Below the pieces are notes generated by a model. The model had not been told where the DNA came from, made no database searches, and saw only the letters and a list, made by a program, of their open reading frames with translations. The position numbers and the translations under genes are program-made. This document shows, piece after piece, positions 40,090-51,770 of a stretch of DNA of 64,000 bases (its first letter is position 1; every line of letters begins with the position of its first letter). Source of the DNA: Cyanophora paradoxa CCMP329. Its lineage: Eukaryota; Plantae; Glaucophyta. The stretch spans positions 62,001 to 126,000 of the forward strand of contig QPMI01000641.1 in NCBI GenBank assembly GCA_004431415.1. The letters are read 5' to 3'.

Positions 40090-41142
40090 TCATGCACGAC
40101 TTCTTAGATTATACTTTCTTCTCACAACATTACTTCGGTTCGGTTTGATTCCTTCTTTCTTCAACCTTTGATTAACTGTATTCGTTTTCTTTACTCTTGT
40201 TATTCGTTTTTGCGATGGAATCTTAATGACTTCATTAACTTTCACTTTCTGTAATTCTTGCTTCTTGAAGCGTCGCTTAACTTCCTTCTCGTCCCCATCC
40301 ATATCTTCCAACACTTTGAATCTATTCCCATCAGACCTTCCAACTTTATAAACCTTTTGACTAAACCTCGCACCTTCCTTTTCAAATGCACTCTTCTTAC
40401 CTTCTAACACTCGAACAGTATCACCTGGTTTAACATCGACTCTCTCATTTCCCTTCACGTTATTATTGTGAACAGTATCCCGAAGGTAAATATATAGTTG
40501 TTTATCTTCGTTAGAATACACTGTATTTGGTGAATCATTCTTCAAGGCACTATGGGGTGAATTGTTATAAATGGCGAGAACTTCGGTCACTAAATCAATC
40601 CACTTACTTGTCCCATTCGATGTCATTGCCTTCCGTAAATACTGCTTGAAAGTCCTGGTGAATCGATCGATAATTCCGAGTTTATCACCAACTGTAATGT
40701 GTTCATCCTTAGCGACATCGGTATACAATCGCACCCCATGTTCTCCACACCAATTGCGATACATTGCGCTGGAAAACTCATTATCTCCCGATAGAGCAGC
40801 AACTTTACCTGCGTCCTGTTTGAATCGATTTAGAATACTTGGGATGTTTTCGTTCGTTTTGAAAGGATACACGAACGCCTTTCTGCTCAGAATATCAACA
40901 AAACTAATCATCTTAAAAATACCATTGTTTGCAGTTTGAAATCCTTTGAAATACATAATATCTACTTGGAATGAACGTGGTTTCGCAACAATCCTTAGGA
41001 ATGATTTAGGCTTTTTCGGTTTCTTGAATATCTGATGCACTTCTGAGTTTAAAAAGCGTTTTTTCAATTCTTCCTCATCAAAGTTTACTTTATCATTAAT
41101 CAATTTCTGGCGATACTTCTTGTAAGATAACACATTATCCAT
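40090..41142 (-). CDS. Retroviral-like (rve) integrase, intact copy, 350 aa
   Basis: FQVDIMYF...SFVDILSRKAFVYP...LSGDNEF...LGIIDRFTRTFKQYL...KWIDLV..V...YNNSPHSAL...P; C-terminal SH3-like PGDTVRV. Confidence 0.9.
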   Translation of the reverse strand: MDNVLSYKKYRQKLINDKVNFDEEELKKRFLNSEVHQIFKKPKKPKSFLRIVAKPRSFQVDIMYFKGFQTANNGIFKMISFVDILSRKAFVYPFKTNENIPSILNRFKQDAGKVAALSGDNEFSSAMYRNWCGEHGVRLYTDVAKDEHITVGDKLGIIDRFTRTFKQYLRKAMTSNGTSKWIDLVTEVLAIYNNSPHSALKNDSPNTVYSNEDKQLYIYLRDTVHNNNVKGNERVDVKPGDTVRVLEGKKSAFEKEGARFSQKVYKVGRSDGNRFKVLEDMDGDEKEVKRRFKKQELQKVKVNEVIKIPSQKRITRVKKTNTVNQRLKKEGIKPNRSNVVRRKYNLRSRA

Positions 41143-44058
41143 TATTGAGCAGCGCAGTTACACCTAATATGTGACAGGAAACAATTTTTGGTAGTATGGG
41201 GCAACGCATTATTGATTCGATCAATAGAAATTACGTTCAGATCGAAGTCCATACCACCATAACAACGAAGACAGTGACCATATTGCTTGCCGTAGCGTTT
41301 CTTGCACCAATCCCAATTGACATACTCCTTCTCGTCATACGGTCTGTTTGCCTTCTTGTCTTGCTCCTTGTACTGCTCAATTCTCTCGCTGAACTTCTTC
41401 ATGTTCACAACGTGTTCTGCCCACTCATACCCATCATGGTAAATCTTCACACGACTTAGCTCGGTAGTTCGGGTGATTGCTGTGTAGAACCATTCCGCAG
41501 AAACGAAGGGCGCACCTGCTTCATAGATCACCACATTACCGCTCTTGCAATCGATTGTATCACCCTGAATCACGTGACAGGTATAAGCGTAAGGAAGTGA
41601 GAAATATCTCATTGCAGGTGGGTCTAATGTGATCACTTCCTTTGTAGCGATATCTTCGATGACGAACTCTTTGTCGTCATATGCCTTGATGGTGTACGTA
41701 AATCCATTGTGAATAGTCACACCATTTTTCACGATCCTTTGCTTTGCGACAATCTCCACACCTTTCGCGAAAATCGGGACATCTTCCCCGTAGTTCAATT
41801 TATGCAATTGCAGGTTGACTTCCGCAGCCTTGCGATTGGTGTAAACGATCGCCCTGTCATCTTTCTCCAAAGTATCGACCGTTTCAAACCTGTACTTTTT
41901 AATGACATCGGGAACACTCAAACGATTCTCGAAGAGATCCTTTTTGATTTCCTCGACAGTGTCACGGTCTTCTTGGGTCTTGTGACGCTTATTAACCTTC
42001 AATACTAACTCGTTCTTGAACAGGAGACGCAGAATGTATGAGTAGTATTCTTTTTGGTCAACCGTCATATCCTGAATGGGCGGATTTTGGTGTGGGTCAC
42101 CTGTGGCGATGTAGACCTTATCCGGGAACAACACTTCCATAATGTATGCAAGCGCCGCCAATTCTGGAACTGTGAATTGACAGATTTCGTCGATAACGAT
42201 GCAGTCGTACTCAACCAATCCGGAAGCATTACCACCCACAATCTCGTCCATGTTCGAATCGTCGACTTTTAGATGCAGAGCATCGTAGATGGTCTTAACA
42301 TTTGCAAGACCATGTTGTAACTTCATGTCGCGAATCCTCTTATTTGTCGGAACAATGAACAGAGGATTTTGGAAACGCTTACCAAACTGAACACCAATGT
42401 AGGTCTTTCCCACTCCTGGAACGACACCTAATATAATCCATCGCTTCTGAGCAGCAAGAGTTTCGCAAATTGCCGTGGTATTATACTCATCAACTACCGA
42501 GTAAATAATGTGATTCGACTTCTCTAATTGCACGAAGTTCTCCTCGCGCTCCAATTTCCCGTAGTGAATGCGCTTGAAATTAAACTCCTTATTGTTCCCG
42601 ATATACTTCTTTGTGAAATTGGGGCAATGCTTGATGCTGAATTCACCAATGTTGTCGTAGCTGTGACGGTCGAAACTCACAAGAGGGATCGGATCACAAG
42701 AGGTCGTGTAGACACAATCAGTATTAACAGAGACTGGATTAAGTCCTTTCTTACTGAGTTCGATGCACTTCTCGTATAGATTCATTCTCATAAGAGAATA
42801 CATGAGATTGTGAAACGGTAGGAACCCATCAGTAAGATACTTTTCTGCTACTTGATTCACATAGTAGATGCACGGTTCTGTGATTTCTTCCTCTGCGATG
42901 ACGTAACAGGTTGGGTCATACGATGCTGGATCTTTACCAAACACGTATGGTTTTACCTCTCCGCCATATTGCTTTTGGAATTCAATCGCATCGTCACGCT
43001 TGTTAAAGATCGTGGTCTTTACTTTGTGGTTCTTCTGTTTTCCTATTTGCCCAATATTAGCAACAAGCATCTGCTTCTTGTCTGTTGGGTCAAGGTCACT
43101 CTCCATGATTTGCTTAATCACGTCGCCTGCATAGTTTGGAACCAATTTATATGGTCGAAGAACCCCCTTAATCGTAATGTCCTCTTTCAGATCCTCGTAG
43201 TATTTTTTGAGAACCATACCTGGGATGACATTGTACCGTGAATCGATAAGCATGCGCTTATAACGGTCGTAGATGTTCAGTTCGTATTTCGTTCCATCTG
43301 CATTTTTCATCGGTTTGAAATACTTCGATTTCAACTGAACGTAGTAGAAGTTGTACTTTTCGATTTCCTCAGCAGAAGTGATCGTGGTCTTCTGGAAATT
43401 ATCGAATTTACTAATTACTGGGACGAATTCAATCTGTTTTGCAATAATTGCAGGATAGGCTTTGCACATGTCGTGTTCGTAGATATTCTCGCTCCACCCA
43501 ATCTCATCAATGGTCTCCTTCTCCAAATCAAAGAACCCGCGCAGGGCAGTCTGTGAACCAATGCGGAACGCTGTTGAAGTTTGGTCATTGTACGTACTCT
43601 TGTTAGCATTGTTAACAAGACTCAGATACATTTTCAGATTGAGCCGCTCGAATTTCTCACGATATTCAGCGTCCTTGAATTTCACCGCATAAGCAGTCTC
43701 CACATCCGTATCTGAACCGGGTGGGGTAACCGTGATGCTCTTCTCACCGTATGTGAAATGAATGTGTGTAATCTTCCGCATTGGGGAGAATCCCGCGTGA
43801 ACCTGGTAGTTCACATCCACAATGAACTCTTTCAGAAGATCGTCCAAGAACCCACTGTAACAGATTGAAATTTTACTCTGGCTCTTCATCTCCTCCGAAT
43901 TGATGATCTTCACGATATCCTCAGGAGTTGCAGCAAATTCTCGATGTTTTCTTTGCTTGATAATCTTGAATCGCGACCCCACCGTAAGATTCGTGTCAGA
44001 GTTTGACTTCGATCCGTTGAAAGAGTGAGTGAGAGATTTGAGATTCTCGTTCAGAAGG
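41142..44058 (-). CDS. 5'-truncated copy of the PolB-SF1 helicase-HNH polyprotein
   Basis: Near-identical to 46880-49795 and uninterrupted. Truncated by the duplication junction just after NGHLY. Confidence 0.85.
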
Positions 44059-45828
44059 GCACGTGCAGCATGCGCAGCAACCGGAGACGCAAATTCTCGA
44101 TGTTTTCTTTGCTTGATAATCTTGAATCGCGACCCCACCGTAAGATTCGTGTCAGAGTTTGACTTCGATCCGTTGAAAGAGTGAGTGAGAGATTTGAGAT
44201 TCTCGTTCAGAAGGGCACGTGCAGCATGCGCAGCAACCGTGCAGCTGAGTGAGAATTCGCAGCTGAATCGGCACGTGCAGCATGCGCAGCAACCGGAGAC
44301 GCAGCATGTGCATGCAGGTTATTATTACAATGACGCCAATTCATTGACAGGTGGATTATGGCCGCTGGCGCCGAATATGCACACCCAGGTCCGTAGGGTT
44401 ATGTTTCAAGTTTTATAGCTATAGTATCGATGCGCATACTTTTAAATTTCGCGAACCCACGTCGTGCTTGGGCCCGGGGGTTCGAATTCGCCCCACCGTA
44501 GTCTCTCGAAAACAGAATTTCGCATAATTTGGATCCTTGTTTTTTAAGTTTCTAAACAGACTATTACACGTTGATACGACATGTTGCAGGGACCGGCCGC
44601 GACCATGAATATCGGCTTTTCGAATTCGGATTTCTGGACAGATGGATCGCGGCCACCGGCGCCACATGTGCACATGCACCCTGTTGGAGCACCAGCCAAC
44701 GTCTTTCCCACGCAGTCGACGTCGTACGCATATCCGGAGGTCCGCATTGGATTGCTCGGTTTGATGGTATTGTTCGAAGATTAATGCGCAATGTCATTGA
44801 TTCAAAAGGCGCTGATCATTTCATTCTCCTTTCGCAGCGAAATCGATCGCCGGCGGCTATGGCCCTTTTACTTCAAGCTCCTCAAACGTCGACCGGGTGA
44901 AGCTTAAGGACACGGCCTGTGCCCAGCCAAACAGCTCAGAGAAGTAAGTGGCATGGCGTGATGCTTACGATTATGTGTGACGTTTCGATATTATATCTTT
45001 GAGTTCTCTCATGATCAGAGCCGGGTCGCGCTCCAGCGTCGGTCTGCGCCCAGAAGCTCCATCTGCAGCCGGGCTGGGCGAAAGCTCGAGCTCCTCGCAT
45101 TTGGAGCAGTGCATCTCCCTGGCTCTTCGCTGTCGGGTTCGCGCTCTTTGAATTTAATTATGTAAAATCGCGCTCGCTAGCTCGAGCTCGCAATTGCAAA
45201 CCGACCGGCCGCGGTCCATCACCGTCTATGTGCAGCTCGAGAAGGGAAACCCACAGAAGCAACTCTTACAAATCGCGCTGAGGTATGAAATGCGTGTTTG
45301 ACAAAAGGCTCCGTAGACATCCACAGCCCGTTTCAATACTATTCTAGATCTCAATCTTGACCGTTCGCAGAGCTAGGCCTGGCTCAGATCTGAATCATTT
45401 TGAGTACGAATGCGAAGTCTTTGTTGCAAACTTCAATGCGCCCACGCGTTATTTCTTATGCAAGCTCAGCTTGGCGCGGTGTCTCCAACAATTAAATCCG
45501 CGGATCCTTACGATTCACCGTAACAGCATCGAATCTAATCGAAAATCACCGTAAGGCTCAGTGTCACGATCGATAATTTCGGTTTCACAATCGATATAAT
45601 ACAACTTCATCGATTAACTCGACCCAATTCATCTTTTAATGCGCGGTGACTTCGTTAAGTCGGCAGAATGCCTCTTCTCCCACGATTCCGCACGATTCCG
45701 CTCGATACACAGTATGAAGACCACTGTACGATCGATTCCGCTCGATACACAGTAAGAATTCGTCTTTTTTCGCGCGGTGTCTCCCACGATTCACAGTAAC
45801 TTTTAACCAAAAGTTTAATAAAAATAAA

Positions 45829-46880
45829 TCATGCACGACTTCTTAGATTATACTTTCTTCTCACAACATTACTTCGGTTCGGTTTGATTCCTTCTTTCTT
45901 CAACCTTTGATTAACTGTATTCGTTTTCTTTACTCTTGTTATTCGTTTTTGCGATGGAATCTTAATGACTTCATTAACTTTCACTTTCTGTAATTCTTGC
46001 TTCTTGAAGCGTCGCTTAACTTCCTTCTCGTCCCCATCCATATCTTCCAACACTTTGAATCTATTCCCATCAGACCTTCCAACTTTATAAACCTTTTGAC
46101 TAAACCTCGCACCTTCCTTTTCAAATGCACTCTTCTTACCTTCTAACACTCGAACAGTATCACCTGGTTTAACATCGACTCTCTCATTTCCCTTCACGTT
46201 ATTATTGTGAACAGTATCCCGAAGGTAAATATATAGTTGTTTATCTTCGTTAGAATACACTGTATTTGGTGAATCATTCTTCAAGGCACTATGGGGTGAA
46301 TTGTTATAAATGGCGAGAACTTCGGTCACTAAATCAATCCACTTACTTGTCCCATTCGATGTCATTGCCTTCCGTAAATACTGCTTGAAAGTCCTGGTGA
46401 ATCGATCGATAATTCCGAGTTTATCACCAACTGTAATGTGTTCATCCTTAGCGACATCGGTATACAATCGCACCCCATGTTCTCCACACCAATTGCGATA
46501 CATTGCGCTGGAAAACTCATTATCTCCCGATAGAGCAGCAACTTTACCTGCGTCCTGTTTGAATCGATTTAGAATACTTGGGATGTTTTCGTTCGTTTTG
46601 AAAGGATACACGAACGCCTTTCTGCTCAGAATATCAACAAAACTAATCATCTTAAAAATACCATTGTTTGCAGTTTGAAATCCTTTGAAATACATAATAT
46701 CTACTTGGAATGAACGTGGTTTCGCAACAATCCTTAGGAATGATTTAGGCTTTTTCGGTTTCTTGAATATCTGATGCACTTCTGAGTTTAAAAAGCGTTT
46801 TTCAATTCTTCCTCATCAAAGTTTACTTTATCATTAATCAATTTCTGGCGATACTTCTTGTAAGATAACACATTATCCAT
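45829..46880 (-). CDS. rve integrase, second copy (1-nt homopolymer deletion near 46800, likely a sequencing error)
   Basis: Identical to 40090-41142 except for T5 vs T6 at ~46798-46802. Confidence 0.85.
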
Positions 46881-49800
46881 TATTGAGCAGCGCAGTTACA
46901 CCTAATATGTGACAGGAAACAATTTTTGGTAGTATGGGGCAACGCATTATTGATTCGATCAATAGAAATTACGTTCAGATCGAAGTCCATACCACCATAA
47001 CAACGAAGACAGTGACCATATTGCTTGCCGTAGCGTTTCTTGCACCAATCCCAATTGACATACTCCTTCTCGTCATACGGTCTGTTTGCCTTCTTGTCTT
47101 GCTCCTTGTACTGCTCAATTCTCTCGCTGAACTTCTTCATGTTCACAACGTGTTCTGCCCACTCATACCCATCATGGTAAATCTTCACACGACTTAGCTC
47201 GGTAGTTCGGGTGATTGCTGTGTAGAACCATTCCGCAGAAACGAAGGGCGCACCTGCTTCATAGATCACCACATTACCGCTCTTGCAATCGATTGTATCA
47301 CCCTGAATCACGTGACAGGTATAAGCGTAAGGAAGTGAGAAATATCTCATTGCAGGTGGGTCTAATGTGATCACTTCCTTTGTAGCGATATCTTCGATGA
47401 CGAACTCTTTGTCGTCATATGCCTTGATGGTGTACGTAAATCCATTGTGAATAGTCACACCATTTTTCACGATCCTTTGCTTTGCGACAATCTCCACACC
47501 TTTCGCGAAAATCGGGACATCTTCCCGTAGTTCAATTTATGCAATTGCAGGTTGACTTCCGCAGCCTTGCGATTGGTGTAAACGATCGCCCTGTCATCTT
47601 TCTCCAAAGTATCGACCGTTTCAAACCTGTACTTTTTAATGACATCGGGAACACTCAAACGATTCTCGAAGAGATCCTTTTTGATTTCCTCGACAGTGTC
47701 ACGGTCTTCTTGGGTCTTGTGACGCTTATTAACCTTCAATACTAACTCGTTCTTGAACAGGAGACGCAGAATGTATGAGTAGTATTCTTTTTGGTCAACC
47801 GTCATATCCTGAATGGGCGGATTTTGGTGTGGGTCACCTGTGGCGATGTAGACCTTATCCGGGAACAACACTTCCATAATGTATGCAAGCGCCGCCAATT
47901 CTGGAACTGTGAATTGACAGATTTCGTCGATAACGATGCAGTCGTACTCAACCAATCCGGAAGCATTACCACCCACAATCTCGTCCATGTTCGAATCGTC
48001 GACTTTTAGATGCAGAGCATCGTAGATGGTCTTAACATTTGCAAGACCATGTTGTAACTTCATGTCGCGAATCCTCTTATTTGTCGGAACAATGAACAGA
48101 GGATTTTGGAAACGCTTACCAAACTGAACACCAATGTAGGTCTTTCCCACTCCTGGAACGACACCTAATATAATCCATCGCTTCTGAGCAGCAAGAGTTT
48201 CGCAAATTGCCGTGGTATTATACTCATCAACTACCGAGTAAATAATGTGATTCGACTTCTCTAATTGCACGAAGTTCTCCTCGCGCTCCAATTTCCCGTA
48301 GTGAATGCGCTTGAAATTAAACTCCTTATTGTTCCCGATATACTTCTTTGTGAAATTGGGGCAATGCTTGATGCTGAATTCACCAATGTTGTCGTAGCTG
48401 TGACGGTCGAAACTCACAAGAGGGATCGGATCACAAGAGGTCGTGTAGACACAATCAGTATTAACAGAGACTGGATTAAGTCCTTTCTTACTGAGTTCGA
48501 TGCACTTCTCGTATAGATTCATTCTCATAAGAGAATACATGAGATTGTGAAACGGTAGGAACCCATCAGTAAGATACTTTTCTGCTACTTGATTCACATA
48601 GTAGATGCACGGTTCTGTGATTTCTTCCTCTGCGATGACGTAACAGGTTGGGTCATACGATGCTGGATCTTTACCAAACACGTATGGTTTTACCTCTCCG
48701 CCATATTGCTTTTGGAATTCAATCGCATCGTCACGCTTGTTAAAGATCGTGGTCTTTACTTTGTGGTTCTTCTGTTTTCCTATTTGCCCAATATTAGCAA
48801 CAAGCATCTGCTTCTTGTCTGTTGGGTCAAGGTCACTCTCCATGATTTGCTTAATCACGTCGCCTGCATAGTTTGGAACCAATTTATATGGTCGAAGAAC
48901 CCCCTTAATCGTAATGTCCTCTTTCAGATCCTCGTAGTATTTTTTGAGAACCATACCTGGGATGACATTGTACCGTGAATCGATAAGCATGCGCTTATAA
49001 CGGTCGTAGATGATCAGTTCGTATTTCGTTCCATCTGCATTTTTCATCGGTTTGAAATACTTCGATTTCAACTGAACGTAGTAGAAGTTGTACTTTTCGA
49101 TTTCCTCAGCACAAGTGATCGTGGTCTTCTGGAAATTATCGAATTTACTAATTACTGGGACGAATTCAATCTGTTTTGCAATAATTGCAGGATAGGCTTT
49201 GCACATGTCGTGTTCGTAGATATTCTCGCTCCACCCAATCTCATCAATGGTCTCCTTCTCCAAATCAAAGAACCCGCGCAGGGCAGTCTGTGAACCAATG
49301 CGGAACGCTGTTGAAGTTTGGTCATTGTACGTACTCTTGTTAGCATTGTTAACAAGACTCAGATACATTTTCAGATTGAGCCGCTCGAATTTCTCACGAT
49401 ATTCAGCGTCCTTGAATTTCACCGCATAAGCAGTCTCCACATCCGTATCTGAACCGGGTGGGGTAACCGTGATGCTCTTCTCACCGTATGTGAAATGAAT
49501 GTGTGTAATCTTCCGCATTGGGGAGAATCCCGCGTGAACCTGGTAGTTCACATCCACAATGAACTCTTTCAGAAGATCGTCCAAGAACCCACTGTAACAG
49601 ATTGAAATTTTACTCTGGCTCTTCATCTCCTCCGAATTGATGATCTTCACGATATCCTCAGGAGTTGCAGCAAATTCTCGATGTTTTCTTTGCTTGATAA
49701 TCTTGAATCGCGACCCCACCGTAAGATTCGTGTCAGAGTTTGACTTCGATCCGTTGAAAGAGTGAGTGAGAGATTTGAGATTCTCGTTCAGAAGGTACAA

Positions 49801-50964
49801 GTGACCATTTTCGATTTTCACATAGGCGACCGATGGTGTGAGGTGGGTATTCCTCGTTTTGGGTTTGAAAGTGAGTTCAGGTATCTCGGTCTTGTCGTCT
49901 TTGTCGATGGTAACCATCCCGATACGGTAAGGTGACAGAACCTTTTCTACAATTTCCTCAAATGTAAAGCCCCAATCATCACCTTCTACTGGGTCACGTC
50001 CACGAATCATTTTGAATATACCGTTGTGGCTCCAATCAACCGATTTATACTTGCCTTTGGAATTGGCTTTCTGGAACGCTTGGGCGAAGTGCATAACAAG
50101 AACATCAGGAACGCAGCGACCCACTTTGAAGTTGTCACCTCGTACGAAGAGTTCCCCCAATGTCTTTGCTTGTGGGTTGGTCTCAGTTCGCAGATACTTG
50201 GAGATGATCATTGGGGCATGTTGCGAATCCCGTAGTGCTTGCTGTTGTCTCGGTACATACGCTTGATTGTCTGTGGTAATGATTCGCTCGAATGTGACAA
50301 TATCCCCGTAAATATCATTTTGAACTTTAACGAAGAATCGGAAATCACGATTGCCCACATTCGCTTGTGCGATCGCTAACATGAACTCTTGGATATTCTC
50401 AACACCCATCAGAGCTGGGAAGGTATTGAACGTGTTTTTGATTTTGTCAAGTGACTTCAACAGATCCTCTTTCGAACACTGAATCGCGAGAGGTTGGTTA
50501 GTGCTTGTCTTCTTCATCTCGAAGTAGAACATACCGCCATCCTCAACCACATTGGAATTAGCGGGCAGGTTCGGGATCTTATCGGGTGCGATATCCTTGT
50601 AAACTCGGACATGCAGAGCTACCATATTTCCGGGTGAGTTCTGGATATACTCGCGAAGGTTATCCATCATTTCTTGGAAGGGATCCCGACGCTTGCGCTT
50701 CTCACGCTTCTCGATATTCTTAGCCGTCCTCTCCGCCTTTGCCTCCTTCTTCTGTTGCTTACGCTCAAACCGCTGATACAGCGAACGATTGATTTCCCTA
50801 ATGATATCATCCAACTTGTCCTCTCGTGGTCGCTGGTAAGTCACCACATCAAGAAACTCTTCAAACTTCTCACGGTTGATCTTGTCGTCTACAAACGCTT
50901 GCATAGACTTCGCCACAATCTCTTGCTTCTTCTTTCTCAGCCTTAAATTCGATGCTCGCGGCAT
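46880..50964 (-). CDS. Full-length replication polyprotein (~1361 aa after correcting a C3/C4 indel at ~47524): putative TP - OTU-like protease - PolB - SF1 helicase - HNH
   Basis: PolB motifs YEHDMCKAYP, KQMLVANIGQIGK, SVNTDCVY. SF1B helicase motifs GVVPGVGKT, IVIDEICQ, TGDPHQNPPI, YAYTCHVIQGDTI, YTAITR. C-terminal CxxC...SIDRINN...H...NC...C.N. Confidence 0.85.
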
Positions 50965-50999
50965 ATTGCTTGTTTCCTATTCTATACAAATAAATTATT

Positions 51000-51036
51000 T
51001 CTTTAAGTGATTTTCATAGCAAGACGTCATTTTTTG
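51000..51036 (-). promoter_or_regulatory. Putative viral early promoter (CAAAAAATGACG ... TTAAAGA) of the polyprotein gene
   Basis: The same two motifs occur upstream of ORF 51201-51455. TTAAAGA lies 36-37 nt before both ATGs. Confidence 0.5.
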
Positions 51037-51200
51037 ACCAATTGGGAAAATCAACCGGTCAAGCAAATTATAAAAATAAGGAAAGGGTCGACCATCATTC
51101 GATGGCTCTAAAAATAACTCGAATGGGTGTGTTTATCTTTTTAAAGCGCGTTTACCGCGATTTCGTCTTTCTCAGAGCAAGCGCGCCAAGAAAAACGAGA

Positions 51201-51455
51201 TTAGAAGTAAATGGATGGGCGCCCACGATTAGAATAGGGAACGCCATACAGATACTTGATGTAGCACACAGCGTTAGCGGTGTACTGGCGTTGTGAACTT
51301 TCCATGATTTTCATCGCCCGGTAACATTCATCAGAATTGTAAATCTCAGTCATTTGTTTGGAGAGTTTGGTACTATACTTCTTCAAATACTCCCGTCCTT
51401 TCTCGGTCTTGCGATAGCGGTAAATGGCGCGTTTCTGGGCTTCGCTGATCGGCAT
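51201..51455 (-). CDS. Small basic viral protein (SEAQKRA..Y type, possibly DNA-binding)
   Basis: MPISEAQKRAIYRYRKTEKGREY...; AT-rich, co-oriented with the other viral genes and preceded by the shared promoter motif. Confidence 0.65.
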   Translation of the reverse strand: MPISEAQKRAIYRYRKTEKGREYLKKYSTKLSKQMTEIYNSDECYRAMKIMESSQRQYTANAVCYIKYLYGVPYSNRGRPSIYF

Positions 51456-51491
51456 TCTCTCCTTGTTCCTCTTCTGATATATAGCAAGAAA

Positions 51492-51549
51492 TCTTTAAAT
51501 CCTTTTTGTTATTGGTATATACCTTTTTCAGGAACATCGTCATTTTTTG
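51492..51549 (-). promoter_or_regulatory. Second copy of the putative viral promoter motifs
   Basis: On the + strand, cgtcattttttg at 51538-51549 and tctttaa at 51492-51498. Confidence 0.5.
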
Positions 51550-51770
51550 CGCATCAATACAAGAAGATGCCTGGAAAAATAAGTCGAAGGTCTCCGCCTC
51601 CTAGTTTCTACGAATGAACCCCGTAGAACAGGTGATTTCAAAGCGTGACACATGGATATCACTCTTTTTCTACAACGCCGCTTAGAAAAATAAGCAAACG
51701 TGAGCGCAAACTTCGGAATGGATGTTTAGCGCTATTCTTTCAAAAGATAATTTTAGCGTTAGATTGATCC

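Larger units (their letters stand above)
38701..49795. repeat. Tandem segmental duplication of the host/virus junction: 38701-44058 vs 44253-49795
   Basis: Identical ORFs at offset 5552 (38867 vs 44419). Copy 1 lacks 45421-45608; the copies also differ by 2 substitutions and 3 homopolymer indels. Confidence 0.95.

Noticed and set aside
46790-47530. Frameshifts in the second integrase and polyprotein copies as pseudogenisation or programmed frameshifting
   Set aside because: Both are single-base homopolymer shortenings absent from copy 1, most consistent with long-read consensus errors. Unverified without reads.
40090-50964. LTR retrotransposon or Helitron assignment
   Set aside because: There is no RT, RNase H, gag or LTR, and no HUH Rep motif. 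PolB motifs and a penton-like gene point to a polinton-like virus.
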